From: an uncultured Verrucomicrobiae bacterium
GTDB lineage: Bacteria > Verrucomicrobiota > Verrucomicrobiia > Limisphaerales > UBA11358
Direction of reading: 5' to 3'
Assembly (NCBI GenBank): GCA_963744965.1
Contig: CAVUVT010000008.1
Coordinates: 69,767-133,766 of the forward strand
Length of the DNA: 64,000 nucleotides
Positions 19,512 to 28,189 of this stretch are shown here, one piece after another (position 1 is the stretch's first letter; the number at the start of each line of letters is the position of its first letter). Under the pieces are notes generated by a model. That model was not told the DNA's origin and did not search any database. It worked only from the letters and a program-made list of their open reading frames with translations. Both the position numbers and the translations under genes were made by a program.

Positions 19512-19593
19512 CGTGAAGCCGTTCAAGGTATAATTGTGGCACAGACCTCCGGTCTGTGTTCCCAACCCCTCACAGGTCGGAGACCTGTGCCAC
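19512..19593 (+). repeat. direct repeat unit 1: ileS-tail-like 21 nt (VKPFKV*) plus family 1 REPIN
   Basis: GTGAAGCCGTTCAAGGTATAA + REPIN 19536-19593. Near-identical to 19806-19887. Confidence 0.8.
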
Positions 19594-19773
19594 ACTTTGC
19601 GCTGGCCGTTGCTGCGTCAGAAATCCGGCTCAGGACATTTCCAAGCTCCGTCCCGCCTTCGTTCAACTTCGGCGCGGTAAACAGGAGCGGCATATTCCGT
19701 CCGTTCACCAGAGGATGTCGCTCCTGACGGAGCTTGGGAATTCTACAAAACGAAAAGCTACAAATATGCCGCG

Positions 19774-19827
19774 CCTACGGCGCTTTGCGGACGTTGCATC
19801 GAGGCTGTGAAACCGTTCAAGGCATAA
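19774..19827 (+). pseudogene. relic of the ileS 3' end (PTALCGRCIEAVKPFKA*)
   Basis: About 80% nucleotide identity by eye to 18112-18163 (PTICGRCIEAVKQFKM*). No upstream ileS body. Confidence 0.75.
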
Positions 19828-19829
19828 AC

Positions 19830-19887
19830 GTGGCACAGACCTCTGGTCTGCGTTTCCAATCCCTCACAGGCCGGAGGCCTGTGCCAC
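19830..19887. repeat. REPIN, family 1
   Basis: GTGGCACAGACCTCTGGTCTGCG...CACAGGCCGGAGGCCTGTGCCAC. Ends 1 nt before the GH28 stop codon. Confidence 0.9.
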
Positions 19888-19888
19888 A

Positions 19889-21271
19889 TTAAAACCCGCC
19901 GCCCTTGTTGTTGATGAAGCTGATGCGGTTGGTGTAGCTGAACGAGTTGGCAGTGGAAGTGTTCAGGAACCGGCAATTGGAGACGGTCACGTCCGTAATC
20001 TGGTTCGCGGAACTCAATCCTAGCATATAAATCGCTTGGGCCACATTGGCAAAGGCGCAATCACGGACGTCAATGTTGCGGACAATTGGTGTGTTGGTGC
20101 CGGTGTTGGCCGGGGAAGAGGAAGTGTACTGCATCGTCATGTAAACCCCGGTGTCGGTGGCGATCTTGGTCATGCAGTTGCGAAAGTAAATATTTTCCAT
20201 GTAACCGCCCCGGGCGGTGTTGGTCTTCAAACGCAAAACCGTTTGCAGGATGGTGCTGTTGAAATCGCAATTTTCCGCGAAAACATTGGTGACGCCGCCG
20301 GATTCCTCGCTGCCGACGGTGACGCCGCCGTGGCCGTCGGCAAACGTGCAGTTCTGAATCACGATGTTCCGGCTGGGTATGTTGACGCGCAGACCGTCCT
20401 GATCGCGCCCGGATTTGATGGCGATGCAATCGTCGCCGTCGCTGAAGGAACAGTTTTTGATGAGCACATCGGTGCAGGAGTCTGGGTCGCAGGAGTCCGT
20501 GTTCGGGCTGGAGCTGCTGTTGTTGACCGTCACGCCGTGAATGGTGACGTTGGTGCAATACAGCGGAGTGACCGTCCACATCGGCGAGTTGAGAAAGGTG
20601 ACGCCGTCAATCAGGACATTCTGGCAATGAACGGGCTGGACGAAAGTTGGCCGCAGATAATGTCCCGGCCCAAAAATGCGCTGCGCCACGGGCATGTTGG
20701 TGCTGGCCATGTTCCACAACAATTGCTCGTCGGCGGTGAGCAAATTTTTCCAATTGTACCAGACCGAGTTCTCCGCCTGTCCGTCAATCGTTCCCGGCCC
20801 CGTGATGGCGATGTTCGTCTGGCCGTAAGCGTAGATGAATGGCGAATAATTCATCAACTCGATGCCCTGATAGCGGGTGAAAACCACCGGCAGAAACGAA
20901 TTCGTGTTGGTGCTGAACAGAATTGTTCCACTCTGGGCGACATACAAATTGATGTTGTTGAGCAGATGAATCGCGCCGGTCAGGAATGTCCCCGCCGGCA
21001 CGACCACGCGCCCGCCACCGGCTGCATTGCAGGCCACAATCGCGCTGGAAAAGGCCGCCGTGCAGTCGGTTGTGCCATTGCCCACCGCGCCGTAGTTCGT
21101 GATGACAAAATCCTGCGCCGGAAAGGTTGGCGGAATGATGCGCGCGAGAATGTTGGTCACCCGCGCCCAATCGCTGGGACTGGTCTGCGCGGCCAGCCGC
21201 GCCGGCAGCAGCAAACCGAAACCGATGGCCAGGGCGGTGATAACTTTGTTTGAGTGTCGGCGTAAAAACAT
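19889..21271 (-). CDS. glycoside hydrolase family 28 (polygalacturonase-like)
   Basis: Signal peptide. Motifs NTDSCD, GDDCIAIKSG and GHGGVTVGSE in parallel beta-helix repeats. Confidence 0.85.
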   Translation of the reverse strand: MFLRRHSNKVITALAIGFGLLLPARLAAQTSPSDWARVTNILARIIPPTFPAQDFVITNYGAVGNGTTDCTAAFSSAIVACNAAGGGRVVVPAGTFLTGAIHLLNNINLYVAQSGTILFSTNTNSFLPVVFTRYQGIELMNYSPFIYAYGQTNIAITGPGTIDGQAENSVWYNWKNLLTADEQLLWNMASTNMPVAQRIFGPGHYLRPTFVQPVHCQNVLIDGVTFLNSPMWTVTPLYCTNVTIHGVTVNNSSSSPNTDSCDPDSCTDVLIKNCSFSDGDDCIAIKSGRDQDGLRVNIPSRNIVIQNCTFADGHGGVTVGSEESGGVTNVFAENCDFNSTILQTVLRLKTNTARGGYMENIYFRNCMTKIATDTGVYMTMQYTSSSPANTGTNTPIVRNIDVRDCAFANVAQAIYMLGLSSANQITDVTVSNCRFLNTSTANSFSYTNRISFINNKGGGF

Positions 21272-21415
21272 GATGTCCTCAATTTAACGGTGAAATCGGG
21301 TTCGAAAATGACAAATTCCCTGGAACGGATTGAAAAAGCACATTTGTCCCTTATACTATCACGATGTGCCAAAGAGTCAAAAGCCGGGGCCAATTGCCGG
21401 TTGACCATCGGCAAA

Positions 21416-22561
21416 ATGAACATTTTGAAAAACAGCTTCCGGAATAACTGCGTGCCGGTCATTGCACTTTTGGCGCTCATCCTGATTTTTGGACAACGAG
21501 CATCGGGCAACACGGTGATTGCCTGGGGCTATGATTCCGCCGGCCAGATTGAAATTCCCGCGGGTCTGACGAATGTTGCCGCGGTCGCAGGCGGCGCCTA
21601 TCACAGCCTGGCGCTTACCGGCAACGGCACGGTCGTTGCCTGGGGCGACAACACTTTCGGTCAAATCAACGTGCCGGCCAACCTGACGAACTCAACAGCC
21701 ATTACCGCGGGCTGGTATCACGACCTGGCGCTGAAAAGCAACGGCACGGTCGTCGCGTGGGGCGACAATTCCTTCGGCCAGACGAATGTGCCGTCATCGT
21801 TGACCAACGTCAGCGCCATCGCCGCCGGCTGGATTCATAATCTCGCGCTCCGCAGCAATGGCGTCGTTGTGGCGTGGGGTGACAACGGCTGGGGACAGAC
21901 CAACGTTCCGTCCGGCTTGGCGAATGTCGTGGGGATTGCCGCCGGCGAATTGCACAATCTGGCGCTCAGGAATGACGGCACGGTCGTCGCGTGGGGTGAC
22001 AACACTTACGGCCAGACGAATGTCCCGGCGGGTTTGACGGGCGTGGCCGCAATCGCTTGTGGCTGGTTTCACAGTCTGGCCGTCAGGAGCAACGGCACGG
22101 TGGTCGTGTGGGGCGACAATTCCTTCGGCCAGACGAACGCGCCGGCGGGTTTGACGAACGCAAAAACCATCGCTGGCGGCAGCGCACACAGTTTGTTATT
22201 GGAGAGCAATGCCACAATGGTCGCCTGGGGAAACGATTATTTTGGGCAGACGAACCTGCCGCCGGGACCGGGTCAGGTATTGGCAATTGCCACCGGCGGG
22301 TATCACAGTCTGGCGGTCTCGACGCCAGCCATTCCTCCGCTTGTTTTCAACCTGGTCCCGCCGAACCTGCAAATGACCGCCGCCGGTTTTCAATTGCAGG
22401 TGGATGGCGCGGCCGGAATTACACCGGTGGTGATTTACGCCTCGACGAATTTGGTAAATTGGATGCCCATTTTCACAAATCCGCCGGTGGCCGGCTCAGT
22501 GCCATTCCTGGATTCTTCAGCCACAGGTTTTTCGCATCGGTTCTATCGGGCCGGGGAATAG
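21416..22561 (+). CDS. secreted RCC1-repeat protein with FYR-type C-terminal domain
   Basis: Signal peptide, at least 7 tandem repeats of about 50 aa (VVAWGDNxFGQTNVP), and the tail STNLVNW...RFYRAGE. Confidence 0.85.
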   Translation: MNILKNSFRNNCVPVIALLALILIFGQRASGNTVIAWGYDSAGQIEIPAGLTNVAAVAGGAYHSLALTGNGTVVAWGDNTFGQINVPANLTNSTAITAGWYHDLALKSNGTVVAWGDNSFGQTNVPSSLTNVSAIAAGWIHNLALRSNGVVVAWGDNGWGQTNVPSGLANVVGIAAGELHNLALRNDGTVVAWGDNTYGQTNVPAGLTGVAAIACGWFHSLAVRSNGTVVVWGDNSFGQTNAPAGLTNAKTIAGGSAHSLLLESNATMVAWGNDYFGQTNLPPGPGQVLAIATGGYHSLAVSTPAIPPLVFNLVPPNLQMTAAGFQLQVDGAAGITPVVIYASTNLVNWMPIFTNPPVAGSVPFLDSSATGFSHRFYRAGE

Positions 22562-22608
22562 CAGCACGGATGCGGCGGTCTCAAGCCAGATGCTGTAACG
22601 TCAGGCGC

Positions 22609-22665
22609 GTGGCACAGACCTCTGGTCTGTGTTTCAAACCCACACAGGCCGGAGGCCTGTGCCAC
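22609..22665. repeat. REPIN, family 1
   Basis: GTGGCACAGACCTCTGGTCTGTG...CACAGGCCGGAGGCCTGTGCCAC, between convergent genes. Confidence 0.9.
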
Positions 22666-22669
22666 ATAT

Positions 22670-23773
22670 TCAAGCTGGTTGCTGTTGGGTCAGGCAGTGC
22701 AGCGAACCGGAACCGAGCACCAGGTCAACGGCATGAATCCCCACCACCGGTCGGTCCCGGAACAATTCGCCCAAAATGCCGAGCGCAATCCGATCGTTCG
22801 GATCGTTGAACGTCGGGACGATGACGCAGGCATTGGCGATGTAAAAATTCGCGTAACTCGCGGGCAGCCGGCGGCTGCCAAAATAAAGCGGCGCCGGCAT
22901 GGGCAACGGCACCACTTCGGGTTTTGAACCATCTTCGAGACGGAAAGTCTGAATGCGCTCCCAGTTTTCCGCGAGCGGCTTGTAATTGACGTCGCGTTTG
23001 TTTTTTTCCCGGATGAGCACGAGGGTTTTGCGATTTACGAAACGGCAGATGTCGTCAATGTGCCCGTGCGTGTCATCGCCCGCCGGGCCTTTGCGCAGCC
23101 ACAGGACGTTTTTGACGCCGAGATATTTTTTGAACGTCTCGTCGTATTGCACCTTCGTCAGGCCGGGATTGCGCACCTGGATTTTGGGATGGAGGTAACA
23201 TTCCTCGGTGGTCAGCAGCGTGCCGCGGCCGTTCACCTCGATGCCGCCGCCTTCGATGATAAAATTTCGGCCTTGGAACTGCGCGTTGAACAACGGCTGC
23301 TTCAGGAGTCTGGCGGCCATTTCCGGAATCCGGGTGTCCTTCTGCCAGTCGGCATATTTCGCCCAGGCATTGAAATGAAAATGGACAATGGCGGTCTTAA
23401 ATTGCGGATTGCGGATTGCGGATTGCGGATTCCTTCGTTTAACGAAGATCGGCCCGCTGTCGCGCATCCAGCCGCGATTGGTCGGATGCACAATAAATTC
23501 AACCCGTTTCAAATCACAACCCGCGCGTTTCAAATAAACGGCGGCAAGTTTTTGCTCGGCCCGGTTCCGGACGAGGATGCGCACGAGTTCGCCCGGTGAA
23601 ATCTTCCGGACCATTTCGCCATAAACCCAGCGGACGGCCTCCATCTTGCCCGGCCAATCGGCCTCATGATGCGGCCAGGCGAGCCAGGTGGCGGCGTGCC
23701 TTTCCCATTCCGCCGGCATGGAGCAGCCGAGTTCGGCGGGCGCGGCGGCATCTGGGATTTTGGGTTGCGGCAT
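22670..23773 (-). CDS. aguA: agmatine deiminase
   Basis: WLAWPHHEADWPG near the N-terminus and the C-terminal catalytic GSGSLHCLTQQQP. Confidence 0.88.
   Translation of the reverse strand: MPQPKIPDAAAPAELGCSMPAEWERHAATWLAWPHHEADWPGKMEAVRWVYGEMVRKISPGELVRILVRNRAEQKLAAVYLKRAGCDLKRVEFIVHPTNRGWMRDSGPIFVKRRNPQSAIRNPQFKTAIVHFHFNAWAKYADWQKDTRIPEMAARLLKQPLFNAQFQGRNFIIEGGGIEVNGRGTLLTTEECYLHPKIQVRNPGLTKVQYDETFKKYLGVKNVLWLRKGPAGDDTHGHIDDICRFVNRKTLVLIREKNKRDVNYKPLAENWERIQTFRLEDGSKPEVVPLPMPAPLYFGSRRLPASYANFYIANACVIVPTFNDPNDRIALGILGELFRDRPVVGIHAVDLVLGSGSLHCLTQQQPA
23401..23431. repeat. perfect heptamer tandem repeat (ATTGCGG x4.4) inside aguA
   Basis: ATTGCGG repeated 4 times plus a partial unit. The coding strand reads AATCCGC units encoding RNPQSAIRNPQ. 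Confidence 0.9.
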
Positions 23774-24007
23774 AAAGGTTGCCGGAGGTTAAAAGTTTTA
23801 CCCGGCAGTGGCAAATTTTGAATTTAATATCGGCCAGCGGCAATTCCCGGATCGGGAGTGGACAAACGTGCCAGTCAGCTCTGTTTTTTGCATGAACGAT
23901 GCGGATCTCCTCCGCCTTTTCAAGCCATCGGACGGCAGACTTTCTGCTTACAATGCCTCTCCTGCTTGCTAAAATGATTGGCGTCAGGCACTTTATATTG
24001 GGCGTTT

Positions 24008-27000
24008 ATGAAGGTCAAAAAATCGGGTCAATCAAGATCGGATCGTGAAAAACGGACGGTCCGGCGGGCAGAGGCACAATTTCCCGCCACCCTTGCAGCT
24101 TCGCAGGAAAACCAAGAGAGTTTGCAGAGCTTTTTCGATGCGCTGGACGATCTGGTGTTCGTTTTTGAACCCGAAGGGCGCATCCTCTTCACAAATCCCG
24201 CGGCACAAAATCGGTTGGGATACACCCCGGCCGAGCTGGCCGGGATGAAGGCTCTTGATCTCCATCCGCCGGAACAACGGCAGGAAGCCGCAAAATTTCT
24301 GGCCGGCGTGATGGCCGGTAAAATCACGATTTGCCCCATTCCATTGCAGACCAGGGACGGGGCCCGCATTTTGGTGGAGACAAAGGTCCTGCCTGGCCTT
24401 TGGCGCGGCAAAAAGGCGCTGTTCGGCATTTCGCATGACATCGCCGGGCATAAACAGGCGGAGAGGCAACTCGTCGAATCCAAAAACTACCTTTACAAAA
24501 TCATCGACTCCCTTGCCGAGCCGATCTTTGTCAAAGACCGGCAACACCGCTGGGTGTTGCTCAACAACGCCAACTGCAATTTGATCGGACACCCCCGGGA
24601 CGAACTCATCGGAAAAACGGACCACGATTTTTTCCCCAAAAGCGAGGCGGATGTATTTTGGTTGAAAGACGAGGCGGTTTTCACCACCGGGAAAGAGAAT
24701 ATCAATGAGGAAAAAATCACCGACGCCAAGGGAGAGGTTCATACCATAATAACGAAAAAGACCCTGTACACGAACGAGCAGGGTGAAAAATTCATTGTCG
24801 GCATCAGTAACGACATCACGGAACGCAAGCGCGCGGAACAGGACCTCCAGAAGTTTGAGTTCTCGATTGATCAGGCCTCGGACGCCATCTTCTGGATGAC
24901 CCGTGAAGCGGGTTTCTCATACGTCAACGAGCAGGCGTGCCGTTCTCTCGGTTATACGCGCGAGGAATTGGTGGGACTGCACCTGTGGGACATTGACCCG
25001 GTTTATCCGAAAGAGCGTTGGGCCGCGGATTGGAAGCGATATCAGGAAAACAAAGGCGGCGCGCAATATTTGGAAACCTTTCACCGCCGGAAGGATGGGA
25101 ATATTTTCCCCGTCAGCATTTCATCGAAGCATCTTTGGTTCGGGCACACGGAATTGCACGTGGCGGTCGCGCGGGACATCACCGAGCGCAAACAGGCGGA
25201 GGAGACCATTGCCCATGAACGCCAACTGCTCCGCACGCTGATTGATCTGCTGCCCGAAATTTTTTACATCAAGGATTTGGACAGCCGGTTCCTGGTTGCC
25301 AATGAAGCGCTCGCCAAACACTTCGGCAAAGAGACGCCCGCCCAAATGCTTGGCCTGTCGGACACGGACTTTTACCCCGCCGAGCTGGCCGCCAGGTACC
25401 GCGCCGAGGAATTGAAAGTTTTTGGTGGAGAGCCACTCATTGACCATGAAGAAAGAGGCGTCAGCCCCGGTGGCCGGGAGGGCGCGTTCCTGACGACCAA
25501 GGTGCCGTTTCAGGACAGCCAGGGACGGATTCAGGGCCTGGTGGGAATTGGACGGGACATCACCGAGCGCAAACAGGCGGAGGAAACCATTGCCCACGAG
25601 CGCCAACTGCTCCGCACGTTGATTGATCTGCTGCCTGAAACCTTTTACATCAAGGATTTGAACAGTCGGTTCCTGGTCGCCAATGAAGCCCTCGCCAAAC
25701 ACTTCGGCAAAGAGACGGCGTCCCAAATTCTTGGCCTGTCGGACGCGGACTTTTTCCCGGCCGAGCTGGCCGCCAGGTACCGCGCCGAGGAATTGAAAGT
25801 TTTTGATGGAGAACCGCTCATTGACCATGAAGGCGAAGGCTTCAGCCCGGATGGCCGGGAATGCACGTTTTTGACGACCAAAGTGCCGTTCCGGGACAGC
25901 CAGGGGCGGATTCAGGGCCTGGTGGGAATTGGGCGGGACATCACCGAGCGCAAAAGGGCGGAGAAGGCCCTGCGCCAGGGCGAGGTGCGGCTGGAGCGAA
26001 TCAATCACTGCCTCCTGGAACTCGGCCCCAACTTTGACGCGAACATCAACCGGCTGACCGCTCTCTGCGGCGAACTACTCGGAGCAACTTGCGCTCTGTA
26101 TAATCGTCTTCAAGGCGATTTGCTCTGCTCCCTGGGCCAGTGGCATACACCGCCGGGCTTCAAATCTGAGGACGCTCCCGCCGGCCACATTTGTTACGAT
26201 GTCATACGCAACAACCGGAATGACGTGGTGGTCATTACCAATCTGCCCCGGACGGCTTACGCCGAGTCCGATCCCAATGTGCGGGCGCATGGCCTGCAAA
26301 CCTACATGGGTTGTGCGGTCAAATGCGAAGGCAAGACGGTCGGTTCGCTTTGCGTGGTTTATGGCACGGATTACAAGCCCACCGACGATGACCGACGAAT
26401 CCTCGGAATTATCGCCTCCGCCATCGGCAATGAAGACACGCGCAAACAGGCGGAAGCCGAGCTCAACCGCCTGATGACCGCCATCGAGCAAACCCCGGAA
26501 AGCGTCGTCATCACCGACACCCAGGGGCGCATTCTTTACGTCAATCCGGTCTTTGAACGGGTCACCGGTTACAGCCGGGCCGAAGCCATCGGCCAAAACC
26601 CGCGGTTGCTCAAAAGCAACCGACAGGAAAGCGCTTTTTATCGGGAACTGTGGGCCAAGATCAATGCCGGCGAGGTGTGGCGCGGTCGTTTCATCAACAA
26701 AAAGAAGGATGGCACGCTCTTCACTGAAGACGCTGTCATTGCTCCCGTTCGCGACGAGAAAGGCGCCGTCACGAACTACATTGCCATCAAGCGTGACATT
26801 TCTCATGAACTGGAACTGGAAGTTCAATACCGCCAGACACAGAAGATTGACAGCATCGGCCGGCTGGCCGGCGGCGTGGCCCATGACTTCAACAACATCC
26901 TCGCGGTCATTTGCGGCCACACGGATCTGGCGTTGGCGCAATTGTCGCCCGACGCTCCTTTGCGTTCCAGTCTCGAGTGCATCCAGGAGAGCGCCGAACG

Positions 27001-27964
27001 CGCGGCGAACCTCACCCGTCAACTGCTGGCTTTCGCCCGCCGGCAGGTCATTGAACCCCGCCGGATCAACCTGAACGAACTGATTGTCAATCTGAACAAG
27101 ATGCTGCGTCGCTTGATTGGCGAGGACATCAAACTGGTGACGCAAACCGCGCCTGACTTGGGCTTGATCAAAGCCGACCCCGGCCAGATCGAGCAGGTGT
27201 TGCTGAATCTGGTCGTCAATGCCCGTGATGCGATGCCCGATGGCGGCACCCTGACCATCCGCACGGAAAATGTGACCCTGGACGAAGACTATGCACGCCG
27301 GCACCTCGTCACGCCTGGCGATTATGCCATGGTCAGTGTCAGCGACACCGGTGTGGGCATGACTGACGAAGTCAAACAACACATCTTTGAACCTTTTTTT
27401 ACCACCAAAGAACAAGGCAAAGGCACCGGTTTGGGACTGGCCACCTGTTTTGGCATCGTCCAGCAAAGCAATGGTCATATTCACTCCGAGAGCCAGATGG
27501 ACAAAGGAACGCAGTTTAAAATTTACCTGCCCCGCGTTCAGGGGGAGGAGGAACTCATTTCAAGCCGCGAGGGCCCGGTCAGTTTGCCGCAAGGCACGGA
27601 AACAATCCTGCTCGCCGAAGATGAACCGTCGCTGCGCCAACTCATGGCTCGGGTGTTGCGGACCCAGGGCTACACCGTGCTGGAAGCAGCCGATGGTCAT
27701 CAAGCCCTCACTTTGGCGCAGGCGAACGGCGGTAAAATCCAGCTTTTGCTCACCGACGTGATCATGCCCGGACTGAGCGGCAAAACGCTCGCCGAATGGC
27801 TGGGGCAGGTGAATCCCGCGGTCCGGGTTCTTTTCATTTCAGGCTACATCAACAACAACGCGGTCCGGGACGCCATGTCGAGACCCGGGACGTTCTTTCT
27901 GCAAAAACCTTTTAATCCCCTGGATTTGACCAAAAAGGTGCGCGAGGCGATCGAAACATTGTAG
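24008..27964 (+). CDS. hybrid sensor histidine kinase with multiple PAS domains, GAF and receiver
   Basis: Repeated PAS/PAC modules, H-box GGVAHDFNN, ATPase motifs DTGVGM and GTGLGL, and a C-terminal REC (LLAEDE...DVIMPG). Confidence 0.9.
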   Translation: MKVKKSGQSRSDREKRTVRRAEAQFPATLAASQENQESLQSFFDALDDLVFVFEPEGRILFTNPAAQNRLGYTPAELAGMKALDLHPPEQRQEAAKFLAGVMAGKITICPIPLQTRDGARILVETKVLPGLWRGKKALFGISHDIAGHKQAERQLVESKNYLYKIIDSLAEPIFVKDRQHRWVLLNNANCNLIGHPRDELIGKTDHDFFPKSEADVFWLKDEAVFTTGKENINEEKITDAKGEVHTIITKKTLYTNEQGEKFIVGISNDITERKRAEQDLQKFEFSIDQASDAIFWMTREAGFSYVNEQACRSLGYTREELVGLHLWDIDPVYPKERWAADWKRYQENKGGAQYLETFHRRKDGNIFPVSISSKHLWFGHTELHVAVARDITERKQAEETIAHERQLLRTLIDLLPEIFYIKDLDSRFLVANEALAKHFGKETPAQMLGLSDTDFYPAELAARYRAEELKVFGGEPLIDHEERGVSPGGREGAFLTTKVPFQDSQGRIQGLVGIGRDITERKQAEETIAHERQLLRTLIDLLPETFYIKDLNSRFLVANEALAKHFGKETASQILGLSDADFFPAELAARYRAEELKVFDGEPLIDHEGEGFSPDGRECTFLTTKVPFRDSQGRIQGLVGIGRDITERKRAEKALRQGEVRLERINHCLLELGPNFDANINRLTALCGELLGATCALYNRLQGDLLCSLGQWHTPPGFKSEDAPAGHICYDVIRNNRNDVVVITNLPRTAYAESDPNVRAHGLQTYMGCAVKCEGKTVGSLCVVYGTDYKPTDDDRRILGIIASAIGNEDTRKQAEAELNRLMTAIEQTPESVVITDTQGRILYVNPVFERVTGYSRAEAIGQNPRLLKSNRQESAFYRELWAKINAGEVWRGRFINKKKDGTLFTEDAVIAPVRDEKGAVTNYIAIKRDISHELELEVQYRQTQKIDSIGRLAGGVAHDFNNILAVICGHTDLALAQLSPDAPLRSSLECIQESAERAANLTRQLLAFARRQVIEPRRINLNELIVNLNKMLRRLIGEDIKLVTQTAPDLGLIKADPGQIEQVLLNLVVNARDAMPDGGTLTIRTENVTLDEDYARRHLVTPGDYAMVSVSDTGVGMTDEVKQHIFEPFFTTKEQGKGTGLGLATCFGIVQQSNGHIHSESQMDKGTQFKIYLPRVQGEEELISSREGPVSLPQGTETILLAEDEPSLRQLMARVLRTQGYTVLEAADGHQALTLAQANGGKIQLLLTDVIMPGLSGKTLAEWLGQVNPAVRVLFISGYINNNAVRDAMSRPGTFFLQKPFNPLDLTKKVREAIETL
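25175..25936 (+). repeat. tandem duplication, 2 x 381 nt (one PAS module each)
   Basis: Both copies start DITERKQAEETIAHERQLLRTLIDLLPE and end GRIQGLVGIGR. About 90% identical by eye. Confidence 0.9.
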
Positions 27965-27994
27965 CTGGGCGGCAACGCCGCCCCGCCCGAGGAC

Positions 27995-28189
27995 ATGGAA
28001 ATTTCTGAACTGGCAAAACTGTTGACCACGCTCGGCTGTCCGGTCGAAAAATCCGCCGCCCTGGCCGCGCAACTGGACAAGCGCGCCCGCCAGCTCGCCG
28101 CGCAAAAAGGCCGCTCTTATGAAGAAGCGTTGCAACATCTGCTCAGTTTGATGCGTCAAGGCTGGTCGGCGAAGGAAAAAGGGCTTTGA
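27995..28189 (+). CDS. hypothetical small protein (64 aa)
   Basis: ATG ORF with plausible helical composition. No family recognised. Confidence 0.4.
   Translation: MEISELAKLLTTLGCPVEKSAALAAQLDKRARQLAAQKGRSYEEALQHLLSLMRQGWSAKEKGL

Noticed and set aside
26075-27484. 469-aa ORF on the minus strand
   Set aside because: It is antisense to the histidine kinase catalytic region, which has clear H-box and ATPase motifs on the plus strand. No recognisable motifs of its own.
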